From positions 28,159 through 92,158 of the forward strand of contig JAFLSO010000003.1 of assembly GCA_022510925.1 (NCBI GenBank): a stretch of 64,000 nt of DNA. Reading direction: 5' to 3'. Numbering within the stretch: the first letter of the stretch is position 1; each line of letters starts with the position of its first letter. The stretch comes from Treponema sp. Its GTDB lineage: Bacteria > Spirochaetota > Spirochaetia > Treponematales > Treponemataceae. Below the pieces are notes generated by a model, which was not told the DNA's origin, ran no database searches, and worked only from the letters and a program-made list of their open reading frames with translations. The position numbers were made by a program, and so were the translations under genes. This document shows, piece by piece, positions 10,318 to 18,218 of the stretch.

Positions 10318-10346
10318 TTGACACTTTTTAGCTGCTATGATATATT
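10318..10346 (+). promoter_or_regulatory. sigma70 promoter of the tRNA-Asp/tRNA-Pro pair
   Basis: TTGACA (10318-10323), 17-nt spacer, then TATATT (10341-10346) with TG-n. It ends 11 nt before tRNA-Asp. Confidence 0.8.
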
Positions 10347-10357
10347 CCTCTAAGCAT

Positions 10358-10431
10358 GGGGTGTTAGCGAAGCTGGTTATCGCGCTGGCCTGTCACGCCG
10401 GAGACCACGGGTTCGAGTCCCGTACATCCCG
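10358..10431 (+). tRNA. tRNA-Asp(GTC)
   Basis: Cloverleaf: acceptor GGGGTGT/ACATCCC, D arm GCGA/TCGC, anticodon arm CTGGC-CTGTCAC-GCCGG, T arm ACGGG-TTCGAGT-CCCGT. CCA is not encoded. Confidence 0.95.
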
Positions 10432-10436
10432 CTTAC

Positions 10437-10465
10437 GCTTACTCATGCGAGTAAGCTTTTTTTTT
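10437..10465 (+). terminator. Intrinsic terminator-like hairpin between tRNA-Asp and tRNA-Pro
   Basis: Perfect 8-bp stem GCTTACTC-atgc-GAGTAAGC followed by nine T. Confidence 0.7.
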
Positions 10466-10538
10466 CGGGCAATAGCGCAGCTGGTAGCGCGCTAGGTTCG
10501 GGACTTAGAGGTCCCGGGTTCAAATCCCGGTTGCCCGA
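10466..10538 (+). tRNA. tRNA-Pro(CGG)
   Basis: Acceptor CGGGCAA/TTGCCCG, D arm GCGC/GCGC, anticodon arm CTAGG-TTCGGGA-CTTAG, T arm CCGGG-TTCAAAT-CCCGG. CCA is not encoded. Confidence 0.95.
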
Positions 10539-10544
10539 CACTTC

Positions 10545-10577
10545 CACCATCCCTTGCAAAGGGGTGGTGATTTTTTT
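10545..10577 (+). terminator. Intrinsic terminator after tRNA-Pro
   Basis: Stem CACCATCCCTT/AAGGGGTGGTG (one G-T pair), then A and T7. Confidence 0.8.
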
Positions 10578-10670
10578 ATGGGGAGAAGGGGGGAGAGTCC
10601 CCTGGCCGCGCTCTTGAAATACTTTGTGAATGATATAGATTTTTCTTTTCTTTCACCATATAATGATGGC

Positions 10671-10724
10671 ATGAGCGTTGCCCCGGAACTTTACATTTTG
10701 CTGCACGGAAACAGGCAGGAGTGA
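10671..10724 (+). CDS. Candidate leaderless 17-aa upstream ORF (MSVAPELYILLHGNRQE)
   Basis: The ATG lies 6 nt after a perfect TATAAT (10659-10664). Its TGA stop overlaps the GTG of the next gene (GTGA). Confidence 0.4.
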   Translation: MSVAPELYILLHGNRQE

Positions 10725-12052
10725 CTTTGGAAAAATATCAACCCTCAAAAATGGCGGTTCTAATAGGATTCGTGGCAACTCTTTTCGCGCTGCTGTATCA
10801 TATCGTCATTATTTGTGTCTTTAAATGGCTGAATATTAACCAAATGGTTCTCTACAACATTTTCAGCATACTGCTGTTCTCAGTTCTCCTTACAATCATT
10901 CCGCGCGGAAAATCGCTTGTGCCCATATTTATAATCGCCATAGCGGAGGTCATAGCCCATCAGATTCTGGCGGAGCATTTCATAGGGACGGAGACAAAAT
11001 TCCACTTCATCATATTCATGACGGGACTTCTGCCGTACTTTGTGTTCGATTACCGTCTTAAGATTGCCACTCCTCTGACCGTCATAAGCTCCCTGATTTT
11101 CATCATACTGGACACGGACATACTCCGCATACTGCATGTGCAGTTTTTCACGGATTTTTTTCCTGTCACCTCCGTCATATCTCCGCGCACGGTGATATTC
11201 CTTAAGACCATAAACATAACTTTCTCAATCCTGCTGATTGTCTCCACTATACTGCTGTTCTCATTCCTGGTCTCCCGGAGCGAGAGCCGCCTGGCCAGAC
11301 AGAACCTTATGCTTGAGGATGAGATAAAGAGGGCGTCCGTCATACAGCAGGCGTTCTTCAAGCACGACGTGTCCTACGCTAAGAACTGGGACATATCTTT
11401 TTACAATAATCCCATGGCGGGCGTCTCCGGCGACTTCTTTGATTTCTACAGAAACGGGAACACTCTGGACGGCTTCGGGATTTTTGATGTCTCGGGGCAC
11501 GGAATATCCTCCGGGCTTGTTACCATGCTGGTTAAGAACATAATCTATCAGGAATTCTACAACAACAGCGACATGGACCTGTGGGAGATTCTGAACAAGA
11601 TAAATGACCGAATAGTGGAAGAGAAAGGCGAGGTGGAGAATTTCCTTACTGGCATAATCGTGCGCTTCATGCCGGACAAGGCGGAGCTGGTTATGGCAGG
11701 GCATCCCGCGCCACTGATGTACAAGTCCCATAGCGGTAAGTGCGACTACATGGACAAGACCGCGGAGTCCATAGGCGCCATAGGCATGGCGGGCGCGCCC
11801 ACTTTCTATGACTCCCAGTTCGTGGACTTTACCAAGGGCGACAGGCTCTTCTTTTACTCCGACGGCGTTACGGACGTCCTTAACGATAAGGGCGAGGACT
11901 TCGGAAAAATCCGTCTGCTGAGGGCGTTCGCGGAGTCCGTGGACCTTACGGCGCAGTCTCAGATGGATTACATAAAGGAAAAAATCTCGCGGTTCAGGGG
12001 CTCCATGCCGCAGAATGACGATATAAGCATGATATGCATCTGCCGCATGTAG
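10721..12052 (+). CDS. Membrane-bound SpoIIE/RsbU-like PP2C phosphatase
   Basis: About six N-terminal TM helices, then PP2C motifs VSGDFFDF, FDVSGHGISSG, LVMAGHP, LFFYSDGV and NDDISMI. Start is GTG 10721 or TTG 10727; the TTG has AGGAG 5 nt upstream. Confidence 0.88.
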   Translation: MTLEKYQPSKMAVLIGFVATLFALLYHIVIICVFKWLNINQMVLYNIFSILLFSVLLTIIPRGKSLVPIFIIAIAEVIAHQILAEHFIGTETKFHFIIFMTGLLPYFVFDYRLKIATPLTVISSLIFIILDTDILRILHVQFFTDFFPVTSVISPRTVIFLKTINITFSILLIVSTILLFSFLVSRSESRLARQNLMLEDEIKRASVIQQAFFKHDVSYAKNWDISFYNNPMAGVSGDFFDFYRNGNTLDGFGIFDVSGHGISSGLVTMLVKNIIYQEFYNNSDMDLWEILNKINDRIVEEKGEVENFLTGIIVRFMPDKAELVMAGHPAPLMYKSHSGKCDYMDKTAESIGAIGMAGAPTFYDSQFVDFTKGDRLFFYSDGVTDVLNDKGEDFGKIRLLRAFAESVDLTAQSQMDYIKEKISRFRGSMPQNDDISMICICRM

Positions 12053-12075
12053 CAGGCATGCGGGCAATTTTTTTT
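12041..12075 (+). terminator. Intrinsic terminator overlapping the phosphatase stop codon
   Basis: TGCC-GCATG/CATGC-(G)-GGCA stem followed by A and T8. Confidence 0.6.
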
Positions 12076-12115
12076 GAGTTGCCTAGCGCGTTTTCTTCTG
12101 ATATTATCTAAGTGT

Positions 12116-12439
12116 ATGGAAAAAGAGGAGACTTTGCTTTCCGACAAGCTGCCCTCAACGGAGGCGTCCATAAGGGAGCTGTGCGGTCTTTTTGCGCGGA
12201 TAGAGGACGGCGATTTGGTTTATGATTTTTTCGGATGCCTTTTTACGCCCGCGGAGATTAAGGATCTGGCCAACAGATGGAATCTGGTCAAGGAGCTTGA
12301 CGCGGGCACCACGCAGAGGGAGATAGCGCGCAAGTACGGCATGAGCCTTTGCAACATAACACGCGGAAGCCGTGAGCTTAAAAAAGAGAATTCCGCTTTC
12401 AGGCGTGTCCTTAATATCTTAAAGTCGCGGGAGACATGA
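12116..12439 (+). CDS. TrpR-like (YerC/YecD family) HTH protein
   Basis: CLFTPAEIKDLANRWNLVKEL...TQREIARKYGMSLCNITRGSRELK matches the Trp-repressor-like family. I moved the start to ATG 12116. Confidence 0.82.
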   Translation: MEKEETLLSDKLPSTEASIRELCGLFARIEDGDLVYDFFGCLFTPAEIKDLANRWNLVKELDAGTTQREIARKYGMSLCNITRGSRELKKENSAFRRVLNILKSRET

Positions 12440-12459
12440 TTTAAGGACGCACCATCCGC

Positions 12460-13176
12460 TCATACGTTCTTGTTTATGATTTTAGTCTCGTATTTGCCAG
12501 TGGCTATCTCTATGCGGCGCACGAACAGCGAAACTTTGTTCTCCTCATTCAGGCTTTCCCATATAAGGGCCGAAAGATTGTCAATGTCCGTGTCAGGAAT
12601 TCTTACCGGCACAGGCTCGCCGTTATAGCTGGGAAGCGGATTCCCGTCTTTCATGTAAGTGTGTATGAACCTGCCCGCTCCTGGAACGGGGTTCTCATAG
12701 CTGTAAGTGAAGCGCAGGCTTGAGTCAGGATTCCCGTCGTCGCTTTTAAGTATGGAAAGGTCCATGCTGAGCCGAGAGTCCTCCACTGTGAGCAGGGCCG
12801 ATATGCGCGGCGTGTAGTTCGGCGCGTCAGGCTCGAACGTGCGGCTCCTCAATGACTGCTCGAACGTGAGCCCGGATTTTAGTCCCTCGTAGATTGTGTC
12901 GGTCTGATCCCCGTTTGTTATTATTGTCCTGCTTCCCAGTACTTTGACCGGCGCGTATATGACCAGACTGGGATCCTCCAGTTTGGCGGGGTCAAAAGCC
13001 TGCGTCCTTATGCCCTCTCCCTCAGTCACAAAAATTCTGTTCCTGCTGTTCTGGCTGCGCCCCATGATAAAATACGCCGCCACCGCATACTTGGAGTCCG
13101 CTGATTTTCCTGCGATGATGCCGCGTCCGGGATATGTGGTGCCCGAAAGCTCAGCGCCTAAGTCCTTTAGTTCCAT
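12460..13176 (-). CDS. Stand-alone IMP cyclohydrolase (PurO-like, Ntn-fold family)
   Basis: Motifs YPGRGII, AYFIMGRSQNSRNRIF, IITNGDQTD, FEPDAPNYTPRIS and GRFIHTY. GGAG Shine-Dalgarno upstream. Confidence 0.82.
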   Translation of the reverse strand: MELKDLGAELSGTTYPGRGIIAGKSADSKYAVAAYFIMGRSQNSRNRIFVTEGEGIRTQAFDPAKLEDPSLVIYAPVKVLGSRTIITNGDQTDTIYEGLKSGLTFEQSLRSRTFEPDAPNYTPRISALLTVEDSRLSMDLSILKSDDGNPDSSLRFTYSYENPVPGAGRFIHTYMKDGNPLPSYNGEPVPVRIPDTDIDNLSALIWESLNEENKVSLFVRRIEIATGKYETKIINKNV

Positions 13177-13270
13177 GAATTTCTCCTCGAATTTCTTCTG
13201 TGTGCTAAGCCTACCATAAGTTCTGCTTTTTTGCTATAATTGCGCATTATTTTATGCACGGAGTTTCATT

Positions 13271-14395
13271 ATGGCGAACATTGTTGACTATATAGACTGG
13301 CGCGGGGACGTGGATTTTTCTATTAGCCCGTTTAACGAGGTGGACAACATCATCCTGTGCCAGATTTCCTACTTGAATTTTGACGGAATCCTGGAAAGCG
13401 ACTTTAACCGCAACGGCATTACACTGCGCGAGCTTTCCGAGCGTTTTGTCTCTTCCGCGGATTTTGACATCAGAAGCGACCTGGGCGCCATGCTGAACAA
13501 GGGCACCGCCGCGCTGCTTCCCAAATTGGGCGAGAGCGAAAGGTTCGGCTCGCTGCGTGTGAGCGGCTACGTGAGCAAGATAGACAGCGAGGCGGAGGAG
13601 CAGTTCTGTGCGGTGACTTACACATGCGACAAGGGTGCGGCTTCCCCCTGGAACGTCACGGTGTACCGCGGCACGGACGACACCATAGTCGGCTGGAAAG
13701 AGGACTTCAACCTGGGATTCATGGACATAGTTCCCGCACAGAGAGACGCCCTGATTTACGCGCAGAGCGCCATGACCGCGCTTAAAGGAAATTTCATTCT
13801 GTGCGGGCACTCAAAGGGCGGGAACCTTGCGCTTTATGCGGCGGCGAATCTTCCCGAGAAATTGCAGAGACGTCTGGAGGCGGTCTACAACAATGACGGC
13901 CCCGGTTTCCCCGAGGATTTTTTCAGGAGACCGCAGTATCTTGCCATCAGGAACAGGGAGCATTCCTTCATGCCAGAGAATTCCATCGTGGGCATGCTGT
14001 TCTCCCATGCGGAGGGCTTTGTGACCGTGGAAAGCGACGGCATTGGAATAATGCAGCACGATCCTTTCACATGGCATGTGCAGGCGCGTAATTTCGTGCG
14101 GCTCCCGGATTTAAATGATCAGAGCAAGTTCATAGGCAAGACCGTGAACGAATGGTTTGATGAGCTTGACCGCGAGCAGAAGAGGCAGTTCGTGGAGACC
14201 GTGTTCGGCATACTGGAGAAGACCAATGCCACCACGAACAGCGAGCTTGCGGAGAATTGGATGGACAACATAATGATAATGCTTAAGGCCATGACGCACC
14301 TGGACTCAAAGACCCGCGAGGCATCATGGAAAACCATACAGCTGCTTCTGAAAAACGCCTGGGAGAACAAGGATGAATTCAGGAGGCATAGATGA
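13271..14395 (+). CDS. DUF2974 (Mbeg1-like) alpha/beta hydrolase
   Basis: Motifs MANIVDYIDWRGD, YRGTDDTIVGWKEDF, nucleophile elbow GHSKGG, NNDGPG and IMQHDPFTW. Confidence 0.85.
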   Translation: MANIVDYIDWRGDVDFSISPFNEVDNIILCQISYLNFDGILESDFNRNGITLRELSERFVSSADFDIRSDLGAMLNKGTAALLPKLGESERFGSLRVSGYVSKIDSEAEEQFCAVTYTCDKGAASPWNVTVYRGTDDTIVGWKEDFNLGFMDIVPAQRDALIYAQSAMTALKGNFILCGHSKGGNLALYAAANLPEKLQRRLEAVYNNDGPGFPEDFFRRPQYLAIRNREHSFMPENSIVGMLFSHAEGFVTVESDGIGIMQHDPFTWHVQARNFVRLPDLNDQSKFIGKTVNEWFDELDREQKRQFVETVFGILEKTNATTNSELAENWMDNIMIMLKAMTHLDSKTREASWKTIQLLLKNAWENKDEFRRHR

Positions 14396-15123
14396 TAGCG
14401 TTCTTGCTTGCCAGGGAAGAGAACGAGAGGATTGCCTGTGAGATTTCAGATTTCCTGAGAGGGCTCTGCGTGGCCACTTCTATTTTTACCGCCAAGATGG
14501 AATTCTGGAATGCGGTTAGGCTCTCCAAGCCGGGGCAGCTGGATTTCCTGCTCATGGATTTTACGGCCTACCAGATGGACGCGTTCAATCCGTATCTGGA
14601 GACGCAGGCGGCGGGAAGGGAGATCCCCCTGGTTCTGTTCAACGACCCTTATCCCGAGGAGAGCGGGAGGGCGGATTACTGGAGGCTTAAGAACAAAAAC
14701 TACATGCCGTCCGCATGGCAGGATGATTTCTTTAACGAGCTTTACCCTGTGTGGAAAGAGCTGGAAATCTTCCTGAACTCAGATAAAATAAATCCCTATG
14801 TTCCCGCCATACGCAGGACAAAGGAATGGGGCGGCTCTGAGGATTTTAATCCCGCGGATTTTGTAAGGCGCGCGGGACTTTCTCCCACACGCGCAAGGCT
14901 CTTTAATCTTTTGTATGAGAGAAAGGACAGTGACTGTCCCGCCCGGGAGCTGTGCCTTTCCATGTGGAGCAAATGCACTAAGAAAGAGATGCGGCTTCTG
15001 TACTCATATATTCACGACATAAGGAGCGCTTTTTCCAAGGAGGAGAATGTGAGGCTGTTTTTGGACAGGACCTCCGCCGGAAGATATAAATTCTCTTTGG
15101 AGCCCACGTCCGCCAGAACTTAG
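14392..15123 (+). CDS. Atypical response-regulator-like protein (degenerate receiver plus C-terminal winged helix)
   Basis: Receiver-like DFLLMD and IPLVLF. The C-terminus (ARLFNLLYE...ELCLSMW...LYSYIHDIRSAF...GRYKF) resembles an OmpR-type wHTH. ATGA overlap with the upstream gene and an AGGAGG SD. Confidence 0.55.
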   Translation: MIAFLLAREENERIACEISDFLRGLCVATSIFTAKMEFWNAVRLSKPGQLDFLLMDFTAYQMDAFNPYLETQAAGREIPLVLFNDPYPEESGRADYWRLKNKNYMPSAWQDDFFNELYPVWKELEIFLNSDKINPYVPAIRRTKEWGGSEDFNPADFVRRAGLSPTRARLFNLLYERKDSDCPARELCLSMWSKCTKKEMRLLYSYIHDIRSAFSKEENVRLFLDRTSAGRYKFSLEPTSART

Positions 15124-15923
15124 TTGCTGGGCCTCTTGCAGAACCTGTATGTGAACCATGCTCCCGTGTATCTTCCGATGAGCCTTGTCGCGCACGCCTT
15201 TAGCCGCCACTTAAGCGCGTACATGGAGTAAAGTTTTCCCCTGCGTGAGTCTTTCAGGCAGCGGTCCGCTGTTTTTTTTGCGCTAAGCCCGTGACGCACT
15301 TCTTTCCGCGCGCCTCTGCTCGCAACGTCCGCGAACTCTGTGCTGACAGGTCCGGGACAGAGCGCCGTGACACGTATGCCCTTGTGCCTTAGCTCCGCGG
15401 CAAGCGCCACAGAAAAACTCAGCACGTAAGCCTTGCATGCCCCGTACACGGCGAAATTCCCCAGCGGCATGAAGGACGCAAGGCTCGCGACGTTTATTAT
15501 CCTGGAGCCTTCCCGCATGTACGGAAGCGAGAAACCCGTCAGCCCCGTGAGCGCGGTGCAGTCCACGTCTATCATCTGCATCTCGCGCGCGGTGTCGGTG
15601 GCGGAAAATTCCCCGTAGGTGCCGAACCCCGCGTTGTTCACAAGAACTTTTATGACAAGCTCATCTTCCTGCTCTCCGGCTTCTTTCTCCAGAATGCTCC
15701 TGAATGCCAGCGCCCCCCTGGAGCCGTCTAAATCCAGTTCCACGGGACGCACGTTCACGCCGGTAATCTCATGCGCCAGATTCTCAAGCCTGTCTTTCCT
15801 GCGCGCTATGATCCACAGCTCGTCCAGCTCCAGAAGCCCCGCGGCTTTCTCCTCCGCCAGTCCTTTTGCGAAATGAACTCCCATTCCGCTGGACGCCCCC
15901 GTTACAATGGCAATGTTCCTCAT
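15120..15923 (-). CDS. Short-chain dehydrogenase/reductase
   Basis: Motifs IVTGASSGMG, LVNNAG, INVAS and YGACK (YxxxK). I moved the start from 16022 to ATG 15923. Confidence 0.9.
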   Translation of the reverse strand: MRNIAIVTGASSGMGVHFAKGLAEEKAAGLLELDELWIIARRKDRLENLAHEITGVNVRPVELDLDGSRGALAFRSILEKEAGEQEDELVIKVLVNNAGFGTYGEFSATDTAREMQMIDVDCTALTGLTGFSLPYMREGSRIINVASLASFMPLGNFAVYGACKAYVLSFSVALAAELRHKGIRVTALCPGPVSTEFADVASRGARKEVRHGLSAKKTADRCLKDSRRGKLYSMYALKWRLKACATRLIGRYTGAWFTYRFCKRPSN

Positions 15924-15930
15924 GGCTACC

Positions 15931-15981
15931 AGTATACTGAAAAACAGCCGTGTTGTAAATTTTGGCCGTAGAATATATACT
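15931..15981. promoter_or_regulatory. Bidirectional sigma70 promoter with overlapping -35 boxes (SDR / nagZ)
   Basis: Plus strand: TTGTAA (15953-58)-N17-TATACT (15976-81). Minus strand: TTTACA (15954-59)-N17-TATACT (15931-36). Confidence 0.65.
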
Positions 15982-15990
15982 TTCTGAGGT

Positions 15991-17262
15991 ATGAGAAAAA
16001 GTCTTGCGGTTTTATTCTGCATTGTTTTGTCCGCTCCGTTTCTGCGGGCACAGAATCCGCGCTCAAAAAAATATTATGAGAACCTTGCGGTAAAGAATTT
16101 CCTTGCGGGCCTTTCTGAGGCGGAGCGCATCGCGCAGGTTTTTCTTGTGAACATAGAGGGGAACAAATCTTTTTACGCCGTGGAGTCCGTGGCGGATGTC
16201 ACGGGAGATAAGGATGACGAGGAGCATCCGCTCATTCCGGGCGGCTGCCTTTTTTTCTCCTACAACATAGGAGACAGCGCGCGTGAGACTCTGGACTTCA
16301 ACGGTTCAATCATGGATTTCTGCAGAAGGCATGACTGCGTGCCTCCGTATCTGGCGGTGGACCAGGAGGGCGGACTTGTAACAAGGCTTAAGGATGTGGC
16401 AAGTTATCTGCCGTCAGCGAGCAGGGTGGCGCGGAGCCTGACTCCCGCCCAGGCGGAGGAATTGTATGCGAACCAGGCGCTGCAGCTTCGCGCCCTTGGA
16501 TTCAGCATGAACCTGGCGCCGGTGGCGGAGTCCATCACGGAGGAGAACGGGCGTTTCCTGGGACTGCGCTCCTACGGTCCTGTTCCCGAGACCGTGGTGT
16601 ACAGCATGGCCGCCATCAGGGGATATGAGCGGAACGGAGTGGGCGCTGTGTTCAAGCACTTTCCGGGCAACACGAATACGGACCCCCACACCGGGCTTCC
16701 TGAAATCACGATGGACAGGCGTCTTGTGAGCCGTTTTTTGTTGGACCCTGCCAGAATAATACTCAGGGCGGAGCCGTCAGCGCTGCTTATGTCGCATGCC
16801 CGCGTATCCGCGCTTGACCCCGGGACACCCGCCTGCCTTAGCGCCGCGTGGATAAAGGACACTCTGCAAAAGGGAATGCGCTATCAGGGGCTTATCATAA
16901 GCGACGACATTTTCATGGCGGCCCTGGCGCAAAACGGATTTCCTCCCGGAACGGCCGCCGTAATGGCGCTTGAGGCCGGCGTGGACGTCATAATGCTCAG
17001 CGAAAAAAGATTCTCCCACGTGATAAAAGTTTTTATGGAGAGGAGCAGGGCAGACATGGAATTCGCGGACAGGCTTTTTGACGCGGAGAGGAAGGTGATT
17101 CTTTATAAGATAGAGAAGGGCATCCTTTCGTTCGATGAGCTTCCTGACGGCACGCTGCGTGTATCAGTGCCGGACGGGACCGGCCCTGACGCGGAGAAGC
17201 GCCTTGAGGATTTCAGGTCCGCTTTCAGCCGCGGCGTGGAGATGTATGACAGATGGTTCTAG
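15991..17262 (+). CDS. nagZ: Glycoside hydrolase family 3, NagZ-like beta-N-acetylhexosaminidase
   Basis: Motifs AVDQEGGLVTR, MNLAPVAE, RSYG, KHFPG...DPH (D-x-H dyad) and IISDD. Signal peptide present. Confidence 0.82.
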   Translation: MRKSLAVLFCIVLSAPFLRAQNPRSKKYYENLAVKNFLAGLSEAERIAQVFLVNIEGNKSFYAVESVADVTGDKDDEEHPLIPGGCLFFSYNIGDSARETLDFNGSIMDFCRRHDCVPPYLAVDQEGGLVTRLKDVASYLPSASRVARSLTPAQAEELYANQALQLRALGFSMNLAPVAESITEENGRFLGLRSYGPVPETVVYSMAAIRGYERNGVGAVFKHFPGNTNTDPHTGLPEITMDRRLVSRFLLDPARIILRAEPSALLMSHARVSALDPGTPACLSAAWIKDTLQKGMRYQGLIISDDIFMAALAQNGFPPGTAAVMALEAGVDVIMLSEKRFSHVIKVFMERSRADMEFADRLFDAERKVILYKIEKGILSFDELPDGTLRVSVPDGTGPDAEKRLEDFRSAFSRGVEMYDRWF

Positions 17263-17283
17263 TTTTTATGGTGCGGGCATCAG

Positions 17284-18153
17284 ATGAAAAAACAGACTGA
17301 GACATTGCGAGGCCAGGACGGCTTTGACTCCTACTACAAGGAAGTCTTTAAAGATGACTGGGAATCCCTTAGGTCCGCCCTGCTGGGCGAGTGCGTGTAC
17401 GCACGGCTTGAGTACGCCGGCATGGAGCCTTATTTCCTGGACCCAGCGTCCGTGTGCGCGGCCCTTGCACTTCCTGTGAAAGATTCCTGCGGAGTGCTTG
17501 ACATGTGCGCGGCCCCGGGAGGAAAGTCTCTTGTTCTGGTGGGCGGATTGAGGGACGGAGCCTCACTCCATGCCAACGAGCGCTCGCACCAGAGAAAAAT
17601 CCGCCTTGACACTGTCTTAAGGCAAAGCCTTCCTGAGTCCGCTCTTTCTTCTGTGCGCACCACATGCTCCGATGCTGCCGTTATGTGCCGCCGCAAGGAT
17701 TTATGCTACGGCTCCATACTGCTGGACGCCCCGTGCTCCAGCGAGCGCCATGTTCTTTCAGACCCCAGGTATCTTTCCTTATGGTCTCCTTCCCGCATAA
17801 AAAATCTTTCCATGGAGCAGTGGGCTCTTCTGTCAAGCGCGTGGCGCATGCTCTCTTCCGGCGGCGCTCTGGTCTACTCCACCTGCGCTTTGTCTCCTTC
17901 TGAGAATGACGGCGTTCTGGAAAGGCTTTCCCGTAAATTCCCGGACGTTTATTTCGCGTCAGAGGATGAGGTCATGGATGTAATCGCGGAGAGCGCCGCG
18001 GATTTCAGGGGCACATTATGCTTTCCTTGCGGCATGGAGCTTACGGACTTTCTCAAAGATGCGGTCCGCACTGAGCGGGGCCTCCATTTTCTTCCGCACA
18101 TTGCGCGCGGGGCGGGACCGTTGTTCTTTTCGCTGATGTACAAAAAGTCTTAA
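17284..18153 (+). CDS. RsmB/RsmF (NOL1/NOP2/Sun) RNA m5C methyltransferase
   Basis: LDMCAAPGGKS, LLDAPCS and LVYSTCAL...END; both catalytic Cys are present. Confidence 0.9.
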   Translation: MKKQTETLRGQDGFDSYYKEVFKDDWESLRSALLGECVYARLEYAGMEPYFLDPASVCAALALPVKDSCGVLDMCAAPGGKSLVLVGGLRDGASLHANERSHQRKIRLDTVLRQSLPESALSSVRTTCSDAAVMCRRKDLCYGSILLDAPCSSERHVLSDPRYLSLWSPSRIKNLSMEQWALLSSAWRMLSSGGALVYSTCALSPSENDGVLERLSRKFPDVYFASEDEVMDVIAESAADFRGTLCFPCGMELTDFLKDAVRTERGLHFLPHIARGAGPLFFSLMYKKS

Positions 18154-18218
18154 ATTTCTGTGCCTTGCTTGTAAATACCAGTTTTTTGTTTTACAATAGA
18201 TTGCAGGGATAAAAAGTT

